In this document: in pieces, positions 21,201 through 29,540 of the stretch
Position numbering within the stretch: position 1 is the first letter of the stretch
How the letters are laid out: the number at the start of each line of letters is the position of its first letter
Assembly: GCA_965234725.1 (NCBI GenBank)
Contig: CBDDUX010000003.1
Location: 1-64,000, forward strand
Direction of reading: 5' to 3'
Source: Thermoplasmatota archaeon
GTDB taxonomy: Archaea > Thermoplasmatota > Penumbrarchaeia > Penumbrarchaeales > Penumbrarchaeaceae
Length of the DNA: 64,000 bases
The notes under the pieces: generated by a model
The model's database searches: none
Seen by the model: only the letters and a program-made list of their open reading frames with translations
Told to the model about the DNA's origin: nothing
Position numbers and translations under genes: made by a program

Positions 21201-22286
21201 ATGAACATTACGGATAATAGCCAAATTGAGAAGATTGTCATAGAATATTGGGATAATTACAACCACATTTTCAAAGCTGAATTTGAAGCAAACATGGGAT
21301 ATATTTCTCTAATAATCCCCAATTATGCTAAGAACATCACTTTCATTTTATCCGTAAAGGATATCTTTGGAAACATTATAATATCCAAAGAAAACGAAAT
21401 ATCGATAATCGATGACAAGAGGCCGATACTTGAACTACAGGGTGAAAACGGTCTATTATATTTTGATGATAAATTAACATTTTCAATAATTGCATTAGAT
21501 AATATTGGCATATGTGATGTATTCTTAGAATATCTTATATTTGGAGAAAATGAAAAGTTACAACCAATGGTTCTCTTGGGTGACTCCTATATTTACTCAA
21601 TTAATCTCAGTGAAATAAAGGGACAATACTTCAGATACAGATTCAATGTCACGGACACAACTGGTAATTATGTACAGACAAACACCTATGTCTTTTTTAG
21701 AGATGAATACTCTAAATTTAAAGAAATTCACGTTGTGGAACTCAATAATTCTAATACAACTTCCCTGGGAAACCAGATTATTACTCCAGAGATATCTGGA
21801 GACACAACGGTTATTAATTCCTCCAGAAATGACCTCCAGCCTATCCAAAATGGAGTGGGAAACGAAACAATATCCAAAATTGACAATGATGTAATTACAG
21901 ATGAGGAGAAAAATATACTTCAAGGATTTATAGCTAAGAAAAAACCAATGACGGTACTAATTCTGGTGACCTTGTCTATATCCGTTGGATTAATATTGAT
22001 AGTAATAAGGAAAAGAGATAGGAAAAGTGATTCTAATGATTATTTCGAAGAAAATTCCAGTCCATACAATGATGAGATCGGTGAAACTGAATTAATTGAT
22101 AATCAAGAAATTTTAGATATTGATACAATTTGTGAAGAAATAGATGATTTTTTCAAAGTTTACGAGATGGGGGTTCAATGTCCATCCATGACTATTACAC
22201 AAAATCAGAAAGAGGAACCTTATATAGATGATTTGGAACCAGAGTTACAGGAGATTGAGGATATTTTAAATCTTATCAATGGTTGA
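18243..22286 (+). CDS. Large secreted/surface protein: parallel beta-helix plus Ig-like repeats plus C-terminal TM anchor
   Basis: N-terminal hydrophobic segment, YYLDS..GNDNNNGTSP..PWKTI, Asn-rich beta-helix repeats, SPAIDNG/DKGAIEY, repeated D.NP..DxxP units, TM then RKRDRK. Confidence 0.8.
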   Translation: MSPYTRRRLILCKICAFIIVIFFLSDILVKREAIEVNNSILIEYENFSFNDVISKDNYLNTYYLDSQKGNDNNNGTSPNFPWKTITKVSSKIFYPGDRILFKRGLMWNCSNPYDWLRIRGNGNITHPIIISAYGEGHRPIINGKWIGKNGINIDGQYINVEHFEVKNANGHGIAINPPDGARYNDVYDCIVHDCNGTLIVVCETGGNNVSIRNCHVYGKGNTGISLQGSPSPITNTLIENCTANNLSHGDGINIHRNMKLNEVGNYHIIRNNTCYNNDEEGIDLNSGTFIIIEKNQCYGNTMGSIVCGIGSSNIIIRNNYFHDDNIAGLKTGIMIQLNRPNILFHNNLVVGFENTRHIIGLMDYNDWKEPENVRISHNTIISLKSDYSYHSIFRLWDEYDGLGNITIDNNIIIGSSKVNNYISFVYCSAADERFVLHNNYYFGIDKEPIFSSNDKNSFNFSYLQTIFKQEKYGKVINPNLYDISNLNYSLESCSPAIDNGHNESGLLSGEDFFENPIYGQPDKGAIEYQPKYQIGKDPIDITSGIRIYLDGKYRYASPVMSGTKANLSLEPISGWPNFKKTEKRDQWMDIKINTWNLSSVFKIKWTESNYLNSGERAYIIGNLISENYYYININNFNHFLIRADKSGSIKFNLSNSNGKNIIEINEYNIGVEYSSDCDFQLPVTGEPYTLRTFIKNENVLKNVKVNYWFDNDITRSNVQLGENLQYFKNDTWECTIDIPINATYLEYYYTSLDVNDLEQRSHVFHSNIIDNLKPEIIDNSPKEAFAGSIFDFDFQITDNIGLSKVVLEYWFDGDNHINNSLIGNKIFNFKIIIPNIINNNLFYIIHAYDIFGNHNYTNIITLHIIDTMVELVIDHSPSFSYTGDEFLFDIQIKEFDKINQSYIIYWYENSIKKQIVPLIESLNFEKIDISYYYIGNLYYQLILLDYNGTYRNSTIKEIKISDNDPPVINWIDYPKEARCGEDIIIFMNITDNSQIEKIVIEYWDNYNHIFKAEFEANMGYISLIIPNYAKNITFILSVKDIFGNIIISKENEISIIDDKRPILELQGENGLLYFDDKLTFSIIALDNIGICDVFLEYLIFGENEKLQPMVLLGDSYIYSINLSEIKGQYFRYRFNVTDTTGNYVQTNTYVFFRDEYSKFKEIHVVELNNSNTTSLGNQIITPEISGDTTVINSSRNDLQPIQNGVGNETISKIDNDVITDEEKNILQGFIAKKKPMTVLILVTLSISVGLILIVIRKRDRKSDSNDYFEENSSPYNDEIGETELIDNQEILDIDTICEEIDDFFKVYEMGVQCPSMTITQNQKEEPYIDDLEPELQEIEDILNLING

Positions 22287-22309
22287 CCCTATAATAATAA
22301 AGTGATTAG

Positions 22310-23824
22310 ATGTTGCTTCATGAGACTCTATTTGGCAATGATAAGATCGATCCAAATAAAATTGCCTTGTATATGGATAATGAAGAATATAACTATGAGA
22401 GTATTATAAAGGATTCGATATCATTTTCATTTGAAATCATGAAAAGGGGATTAATGAAAGGAGATAGGGTCATTACATTACTTGAGAATTCATATGAATT
22501 CATAATATCAACGTATGGAATTCTTACATCTGGTTGTATTTTAGTTCCCCTTAATCCAAAACTTACCAAAGAGAAAATTGTTTTTATCATCCAAGATACT
22601 GATCCCTCGCTAATATTGATATCTGAAAAAGTCTTCCAATCCATATTCAACGGAGATGAAGATTTTCCTTTTCTTATAATAGAAAAGAATATTTCAAATG
22701 AAAAAAAGGAAAAAAGAAGTAATGTTGAAATCATTGACTGTGATATTGCTGCAATACTATACACCTCGGGTTCGACGGGAATTCCCAAAGGAGTGACACT
22801 GACCCATTTGAACATGGTAACAGCATTGAGGTCAATTACACAATACCTGAACAATTCTTCAAATGACATATTTTTGAATATGTTACCATTCTCATTTGAT
22901 TATGGTCTATATCAAATTTTTCTCTCATTTTTCTGTGGAGGTTCTTTGGTCATCCACAACGATATTATATTTTCGTCGAAAATACCTGAGATAATAAAGA
23001 AAAGGAAAGTAACTGCACTACCGATTGTTCCAGCTCTAGGGCAGATACTTCTCAGGTTGAAACCAGATCCCTACGATCTCGTTTCGATAAGGTATATAAC
23101 TAACACAGCTCAAAATATTCCGGAATCAACTATCAAGGGATTGGTTGACCTCATACCTAAAGTAAAAATATTTTCGATGTATGGACTAACAGAATGCAAA
23201 AGGATTAGCTACCTTGATCCTTCAAAGATCCTATTAAAACCAAATTCTGTAGGAAAAGCTATCCCAAATGTCGAGGTCTTTCTTATAGATAATGAGGGTA
23301 ATAGGATTGAAAAGCCCTATTCCAGAGGTGAATTGGTTGTAAGAGGATCCAATGTTATGCTTGGATATTGGAAAAATAAGATCGAGACAGATAATGCACT
23401 GAGAGAAGGTTACTTTCCAATGGAAAAGGTACTTTTCACAGGAGATATTTTTGAATTTGATGAAGATGGTGACCTTTATTTTATTTCTCGAAAAGATGAT
23501 GTTTTTAAAGTTGGAGGTCAAAAGGTATCTCCTATAGAGATTGAAAAAGCATTACTCCAGCATGGATCTATTAATGAAGCAGCTGTTATCAAGAGCCAAG
23601 ACAAAATATTGGGAAATTCAATTGTCGCAATCGTAAGTGTTGAGGGGGTTATTAATCAAAAGGAAATCAAAGAATATATCAAGGGAAAACTTGAGGATCA
23701 TTTGGTTCCAAGATTAATATTTATTGTTACTTCATTGCCAAAAAATTCAAACGGAAAGGTGGATAAACAGTTACTAGAAAAGACCTATGGAACAAATTTC
23801 AATGAACATAAATCTCTTTTTTGA
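22310..23824 (+). CDS. Stand-alone adenylate-forming (AMP-binding) enzyme
   Basis: YTSGSTGIPKG, FSFDYGLYQ, YGLTE, TGD, RKDD, LPKNSNGKVDK. Confidence 0.92.
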   Translation: MLLHETLFGNDKIDPNKIALYMDNEEYNYESIIKDSISFSFEIMKRGLMKGDRVITLLENSYEFIISTYGILTSGCILVPLNPKLTKEKIVFIIQDTDPSLILISEKVFQSIFNGDEDFPFLIIEKNISNEKKEKRSNVEIIDCDIAAILYTSGSTGIPKGVTLTHLNMVTALRSITQYLNNSSNDIFLNMLPFSFDYGLYQIFLSFFCGGSLVIHNDIIFSSKIPEIIKKRKVTALPIVPALGQILLRLKPDPYDLVSIRYITNTAQNIPESTIKGLVDLIPKVKIFSMYGLTECKRISYLDPSKILLKPNSVGKAIPNVEVFLIDNEGNRIEKPYSRGELVVRGSNVMLGYWKNKIETDNALREGYFPMEKVLFTGDIFEFDEDGDLYFISRKDDVFKVGGQKVSPIEIEKALLQHGSINEAAVIKSQDKILGNSIVAIVSVEGVINQKEIKEYIKGKLEDHLVPRLIFIVTSLPKNSNGKVDKQLLEKTYGTNFNEHKSLF

Positions 23825-25187
23825 TATAATCATCATCAATCCCGTTGACATTGAAATAAAGGGTCCATGATCCTTTGGGAATGATAATTTGCATTGCGGA
23901 TATTGAAGTCCTTCTGGGTTCAAGGTTGATGTAGAAATAATAACCCGTATTATTTATAAGAGGGAATTCTCGATCATTATCAAGATACCATCGTTGTGGA
24001 TCATCTGGGGAAATTGAGATGTTTAACTTTCTCTCGATATCATCAAGGTTTTCAATCCCGAAGTGAAGTTTTAAAGAGTAGTTGCTATCCATCGTGGAAG
24101 GAAACCCACCTGGTTGTCCATAGGGGGATAAAAGATAGAATTTATATCCTTCCTTATTATTCACTATCATATCACCTTCATTGAAAACTACTATTTTTAA
24201 TATTAATTCCCTGTATACTTCATTATCTTTTATTAATTGAAATTTCAGATCATATTTTCCTGATTGATTGATTTTAAAATATAGTGGTGATTGGAACTCA
24301 CCATTGTGTACTATCTTCTCCGTGAAGATGAAACCTGAATTTGGTCCAAGGACGATATTGTTTAAATTGTTCACTATTTGTAGGTTTGTGTTGCTGTTTA
24401 AAAAGAATCTGATCTCATATGTCACACTTTCAAATTCCTTGTTATTGATCCCAAGATATACCATTTTCTCCTCATTTACAAATATATTTTTGGGATAATC
24501 TGAGATCCTCTTCTCAAGGCCAAGGATATAGAATTCAGTGAACTTATCATTTTCATGATAATATTTATACAAATATACTCCTACAGCTGCAGAGATGATA
24601 ATTAGAATAATGAGGGTAGTAGTAATCAATTTGTCCTGAATGGATTCATCGAATGGTGCTTTAAATTTATATGAGAATGTCAATCTTTTATCAAATGGAA
24701 TCTGCTCTCTTCTCCATATGACAAGTCCGGATACTACCATGATGTAAAGGTAAATTGTTAGTAATATAGGGACCAATCTTAAACCGAAAAAATCTTGATT
24801 CAAAGGATATAGTTCATTGAATATGAATCCAATTACTGGAGTGATGCCAAGGGAAAGACCTACGGATAAAACCAATCTGGTAGGACCATCGATAGTTTTA
24901 CCTCGTGTCTTATCCTTTTTTTCGTTACTATTTATTTCTGTCTTCAATAATTCATCGTCATTACCCTTAATTTCATCTTCAACCACATCATATTTCATTG
25001 GCCAAATCACGGATATTGTTACATATCCGGGGAAAAGAAGAAGGAACAAGACACCAAGGATTATTCTTACTAATTCCAGATCAGGAAGTATTAAAACCAA
25101 AAGTGTGAATATAGTACTTAATAGAATTACTAGGTAAATATCCCAGTAACCTTTCTTCAATTCAAAGGCCATTAGTTGCAAATTCAC
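23799..25187 (-). CDS. DUF1616-family archaeal membrane protein
   Basis: LLLFPGY, RLVLSVGLSL, FTEFYILG..DYP; start may be 25172. Confidence 0.8.
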   Translation of the reverse strand: MNLQLMAFELKKGYWDIYLVILLSTIFTLLVLILPDLELVRIILGVLFLLLFPGYVTISVIWPMKYDVVEDEIKGNDDELLKTEINSNEKKDKTRGKTIDGPTRLVLSVGLSLGITPVIGFIFNELYPLNQDFFGLRLVPILLTIYLYIMVVSGLVIWRREQIPFDKRLTFSYKFKAPFDESIQDKLITTTLIILIIISAAVGVYLYKYYHENDKFTEFYILGLEKRISDYPKNIFVNEEKMVYLGINNKEFESVTYEIRFFLNSNTNLQIVNNLNNIVLGPNSGFIFTEKIVHNGEFQSPLYFKINQSGKYDLKFQLIKDNEVYRELILKIVVFNEGDMIVNNKEGYKFYLLSPYGQPGGFPSTMDSNYSLKLHFGIENLDDIERKLNISISPDDPQRWYLDNDREFPLINNTGYYFYINLEPRRTSISAMQIIIPKGSWTLYFNVNGIDDDYIKKEIYVH

Positions 25188-25397
25188 TACTATCTTAAAT
25201 AAGTTGGTCTTTTATTCTCCATCTCTTTTTCTTTCATTCGCCCACTTGATCAGCTTTGGCTTTAATTTTTAAAGAAAGAAATGCAAACATCGTCACTCAT
25301 ATATTAGTCAAAATACATCAAATAAACATTGTTTTATACGTTTTAGTTAAATACTAATTCAACATTAATGCAACATCAATTGCGTTGATTGGAGTGA

Positions 25398-26324
25398 GTG
25401 GAAATGCGTTGTCCAGTATGTGAAAGGTCAGACATGGTCATCAGGAGAGGAAAGAGAGAGACCAAAAAGGGAACCGTTCAGAAGTTGCAATGCAAAAGAT
25501 GCGGCAAATTCTTCAGCTCCAGCCTTCATCCATACAGCTGGTACCCGGACGAAATGGTGTTTAGAGCCATGGAACTCTATAATATAGGTAGGTCTTGGCA
25601 ATATATCTGTGAAAAACTAGAAAGACAATATGGAATCGAAGTTCCAAGAAGAACCATTTATTCCTGGGTCCGAAGATACGTTAAGCAATTTGGAATGTAT
25701 GCTCTCAGAGGTTACAGATGTGATGAAGGGAATGGTCCTTTGGTCAAAAGATCCTATTATGAAAATGCTGAAAATCCCTGGAAGTATCATTCAATTAAGT
25801 TGAAAAGATCCAAAACAAGATGGCCTAAGTTGTATGATCACATTAAAAGGATAGATGAACAATGTACAATACCTTCGATCAAGGATATTCAGATCGAAGA
25901 GGATGATATTACAAGGTATAAAGTTAAGATCAAAGGTCCGGATAAATCATTAAAGGGCCTCTTCTATCTTGTTTCAAAGATGTATGAAGGACCAGACCGG
26001 GAAATGGTAAAGGAATTCCTACTTTTACACCATCCGGAATGCTGGGCCATAGATTTCCCTATATACAAAATGGATCTCGGACCACTGAGCGAGAAACAGA
26101 GATCGTCCATTGTATCCGTGGATATGCTCTTTGTGGATGAAAGCAAAATCAGATTGGTTGATTTCCTCAATTCAGAAAAGGAGATAATGGAAAGGTTCTG
26201 GGAAACCTCACTATTAAGAAAAGCAGTGGTCCACAGCGCTGGTTCGAAATTCGATCAAGTGATGTCATCTTTTATTGTTGGTGACCTGAAATATGATATT
26301 GTATTGAAGAAGCCTCAATCATGA
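25398..26324 (+). CDS. InsA-like zinc ribbon + HTH protein with degenerate PD-(D/E)XK-like C-terminus
   Basis: CPVC...QKLQCKRCGKFF; HTH with TIYSWVRRY; C-terminal AIDFPIY..VDML..IRLVDF. Confidence 0.6.
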   Translation: MEMRCPVCERSDMVIRRGKRETKKGTVQKLQCKRCGKFFSSSLHPYSWYPDEMVFRAMELYNIGRSWQYICEKLERQYGIEVPRRTIYSWVRRYVKQFGMYALRGYRCDEGNGPLVKRSYYENAENPWKYHSIKLKRSKTRWPKLYDHIKRIDEQCTIPSIKDIQIEEDDITRYKVKIKGPDKSLKGLFYLVSKMYEGPDREMVKEFLLLHHPECWAIDFPIYKMDLGPLSEKQRSSIVSVDMLFVDESKIRLVDFLNSEKEIMERFWETSLLRKAVVHSAGSKFDQVMSSFIVGDLKYDIVLKKPQS

Positions 26325-26611
26325 TTGTACTTGGGTCGTTTTCCAGTGATCTCAACGTGATCATCAATTAGCGATCTCCTTCTCCCCTCCAGATCACAAC
26401 CGGGATAGGACCTGTAAATTCTATAATACTCTGCCTCAGGCATAGGAAAGACACCTTCTGTTAAGTGTTCACTCAACATGGACCTAAGAGGACCTGCTCC
26501 AACGTACAGAATATCCTCTTCTCCGGAAAGGACCTCATAGACCATGATGTCATTTCCCTCGATCTCGAGGGAATCCCCTCGAAGTGGCTTCTTCGTACTG
26601 TTTTCCTTCAT
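26315..26611 (-). CDS. Small GIY-YIG-like protein
   Basis: VYEV..ILYVG..LRSML.EH and terminal RPKYN. Confidence 0.6.
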   Translation of the reverse strand: MKENSTKKPLRGDSLEIEGNDIMVYEVLSGEEDILYVGAGPLRSMLSEHLTEGVFPMPEAEYYRIYRSYPGCDLEGRRRSLIDDHVEITGKRPKYNHD

Positions 26612-26760
26612 GGAGAGCACCTGTTATCCATTTGTGAGGGTATATATCAAGGAAATACGAGACATCCCAAGGAAGACCCAATTCATTATTCAAGATCATG
26701 ATATTAAGTTATCAATCTTTATATGGACTTGAGCAGATCGAATAAACGCGAGGAAGGACA

Positions 26761-27156
26761 GTGAGTTTAGAAAGCGATGATCTTCTATGGTCAAAGGACC
26801 TTATAAAAATGCATGGAACGGAAAAGGTCCAGGGAAGACTATCCATTCATTCAAGGAAAATGATATTTGAGGAAAGGGTTGAAAATATGGGGAAGGATCC
26901 TGGTTGGAGAAGTAAATTGGTAACCATATTACCTTCCGCGAATGATATCAGGATAGAGAAAAAGGGTTTTTTCAAGAAAGTGATCATGATCAAGATAGAT
27001 GAACAGGACCAAGAGTTCTACACGATCTCAGAAGAAACTGAAAGGACATTTCAAGAGATAATATCCGCTCTGAAAATAGCAAAGGGTCTGTGTTCTTCGA
27101 GTAATCAGGGTATTCTTAATGGGATAATTAAGACAGGATCGATCCTTGCCAATTGA
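26761..27156 (+). CDS. Hypothetical protein, possibly PH-like fold
   Basis: RBS GAGGAAGG; pattern GRLSIHSRKMIFE..IRIEKKGFFKKV..terminal helix. Confidence 0.55.
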   Translation: MSLESDDLLWSKDLIKMHGTEKVQGRLSIHSRKMIFEERVENMGKDPGWRSKLVTILPSANDIRIEKKGFFKKVIMIKIDEQDQEFYTISEETERTFQEIISALKIAKGLCSSSNQGILNGIIKTGSILAN

Positions 27157-27166
27157 TGTTTACTAA

Positions 27167-27372
27167 CTGGTATTCGTTTATTAACATCATGAACAAACAA
27201 GGGTGAGAGGTCGAATAGTGTAGGATACGCAAGTAAAGGTTCTTGCCGACCTCTCATCTGTTCATCATACAGAGTGTTATTAAGAAATACGGTACAATCG
27301 CTGTAACGAATCCGTACCAATCCAAGGTAAAACTGGAGTGTGAGAAGAAAGATTTTAGCCAGAATGGCCGGC
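27167..27372. ncRNA. Candidate structured RNA between convergent genes
   Basis: Nested stems TGAGAGGTCG/CGACCTCTCA, ATGAACA/TGTTCAT, TAACAT/GTGTTA, inner GCAAG/CTTGC, further hairpins to 27368. Confidence 0.4.
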
Positions 27373-27558
27373 TCACTCAAGTACTATAACCTTGACGACA
27401 TTGTTCCATGGAATTAGGACCGTGTTGAACTTGGTCCTCCTCTTTGACGGATTCAGCACTACTTTGATAAAGGCACCCATATCCTCACCATTACCGCCAG
27501 CGCTTTTCTTCTTCCCGTCAGCGAGGTATATTACTTTCACATTTCCAAGCTTGGTCAT
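27373..27558 (-). CDS. Small basic protein, Sm/SH3-like beta-barrel candidate
   Basis: RBS AGGTGA 5 nt before ATG; beta-rich; C-terminal TVLIPWNNVVKV resembles Sm2 strand. Confidence 0.6.
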   Translation of the reverse strand: MTKLGNVKVIYLADGKKKSAGGNGEDMGAFIKVVLNPSKRRTKFNTVLIPWNNVVKVIVLE

Positions 27559-27767
27559 ATAACATCACCTAATATACATTAAAATCTCAATATATTAACT
27601 TAACCGTTTAAATATCAAAAAAAACGTATTTATCTCGGTGATACATCGAATATGTTGAGATAATTCTATTTCAAATCCCAAGTATACAAATTGTAGAAAT
27701 GATGCAGATCGAATGGAATGTGGCCCCTTCTTTCATCAGGTCCCATTCAATGTTTATTTGATGTTTC

Positions 27768-29309
27768 CTATTTGTTCCTACCCATCTCGTCATGGGAGGA
27801 GACCCATTCAAGGGATGAGATGGCAGCTGCAAGAGATAGTTCTCCTGCAAGAGCTACAGCTGTTACTATCTCTGCGAACTTTCGGACCTTTCCGTCTCCG
27901 TAACAGCCCAAAACCTCAAGGCATTCCCGCTGAGTGGGAAGATTTGTGCCTCCACCATATGTAGCAACGATCAGAGAGGGTAAAGTAAGTGAGATGTAAA
28001 GGTCACCTTCCGGTGTGATCTCAGAATACATTATCCCGCAGGAGGACTCGGCAACGTTAGCAACATCCTGACCTGTGGCGATGAACATGGCGGTTATTGC
28101 ATTAGCTGCCTGAAGTCCGTTATTGTTTGCCCCTGAGATAAATGCTCCAAGTGTTCCTGCCCTGGAATGTGCTTCCAGTGTCTCAGGTTCCACTCTTAGC
28201 TCCCTGAGTAGGACCTTTCTAGGGATGGTTGCTTCAGCTGTCACCCTTTTTCCTCTTGTGTTCAGGATGTTCACCTGGGAACCTTTCTTATCCGTGGCGA
28301 AGTTCGATTCAAGGTAGAAGTTCCGGATCCCCTCGTAGTTCTCCATTATCCATGAACAGGCAAAGAAAGTAGCTTTGCCTACCATGTTCTGGCCCGCGGC
28401 GTCGCCTGTTGTATAATTGAACCTGAGAAAGACGAACTTGTTTGAAAGGAACCTGTCAATGGATTGAAGCTTTGCAACCCTGGAAGTGGTCTCGGCTATC
28501 TTTGCGATCTTCTTCTCATTCTCCTCGACCCACAATGAGAAATCCCTTGCTCCTCTTGCTGAATCGAAAATGAAAACAGGCGCTCTCTGCATCCTATCCA
28601 CTGAAAAGGTGGTTGTCACACCTCCGGACAGGTTAAGGACCTTCATTCCGCGATTGTAGGAAGCAACCAGTGTTCCCTCACTGGCGGCAAGAGGTATTAT
28701 AAAATCACCATTGGCATATTCTCCGTTCACTGTGAGTGGTCCTGCAAAACCAAGAGGGACCTGAGCTACACCTGTGAAGTTCTCGATATTGCCTTTGGTA
28801 ACGTGTGGATCGAATGAATAGGATGAGACATGGTGAAGGTCCACACCGGAATAATCCTTCACGAATTCCTTTCTCTTCTTAATGATCTCATCTTCATAGT
28901 TATTCTCCTTGTCGTAAGGAATGGATATCTTCTTAGTCACATGTGGAGCTGCACGGTCCTCAACATCGAAGGTCAGGACCCCGAACTTCTTTGTCCTGAA
29001 TGAGAGTTCAAGCTTGTAGATCCTGTCCATTTCAAGGTCCATGCCCATCACATAAACGTCTACCTTCTGGCCGATATGGAAGGGTATAGGATTTTCCGGA
29101 GAGATCAATGGTGCCTGGAAGTCCTCTGTGGCCACCCTCAATTTCACCTTTTCCAGGTCTAGGTCCACACCATCGATAGCGACCTTTTTTACCTCTGTCA
29201 ATGTGGAATCAGAGATCTGATTCTTCAAGGCGAACCTGAATCCCTCCTTAACATTCGAAAGGCTGCCATAGGTGTAGAGGTGTCTGAGGATGGATGAGGG
29301 TATTCTCAT
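27768..29309 (-). CDS. hmgA: HMG-CoA reductase with N-terminal extra domain
   Basis: ENFTG, PLAASEGTLVAS, GDAAGQNM, TGQDVA, GELSL, terminal catalytic His; start at MRIPSS. Confidence 0.92.
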   Translation of the reverse strand: MRIPSSILRHLYTYGSLSNVKEGFRFALKNQISDSTLTEVKKVAIDGVDLDLEKVKLRVATEDFQAPLISPENPIPFHIGQKVDVYVMGMDLEMDRIYKLELSFRTKKFGVLTFDVEDRAAPHVTKKISIPYDKENNYEDEIIKKRKEFVKDYSGVDLHHVSSYSFDPHVTKGNIENFTGVAQVPLGFAGPLTVNGEYANGDFIIPLAASEGTLVASYNRGMKVLNLSGGVTTTFSVDRMQRAPVFIFDSARGARDFSLWVEENEKKIAKIAETTSRVAKLQSIDRFLSNKFVFLRFNYTTGDAAGQNMVGKATFFACSWIMENYEGIRNFYLESNFATDKKGSQVNILNTRGKRVTAEATIPRKVLLRELRVEPETLEAHSRAGTLGAFISGANNNGLQAANAITAMFIATGQDVANVAESSCGIMYSEITPEGDLYISLTLPSLIVATYGGGTNLPTQRECLEVLGCYGDGKVRKFAEIVTAVALAGELSLAAAISSLEWVSSHDEMGRNK

Positions 29310-29540
29310 GGTGTCACTTCCTGAGAGGATCGTATCAATGGTCCCGAAATGAGATCTCACTTCTGTATTAATGTCAGGACTTGGACGGGTAATCTAGAAT
29401 GGGAATTAAATGTAACGGTCACTGGATCGAACAATGGATTAAGAAAGATAGCAAAGGGATAGTAATATAATATATACACAAGTTTTTCTTACATATAATA
29501 TGGACCTGGGGGGAAACATACGGGAAATCTAACGAATTCA

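Noticed and set aside
25398-26324. Intact IS1/IS6 transposase
   Set aside because: No recognisable DDE domain, terminal inverted repeats or TSD.
27167-27292. SRP RNA or 5S rRNA
   Set aside because: No SRP helix-8 GNRA/AGCAG motif or 5S conserved loops on either strand.
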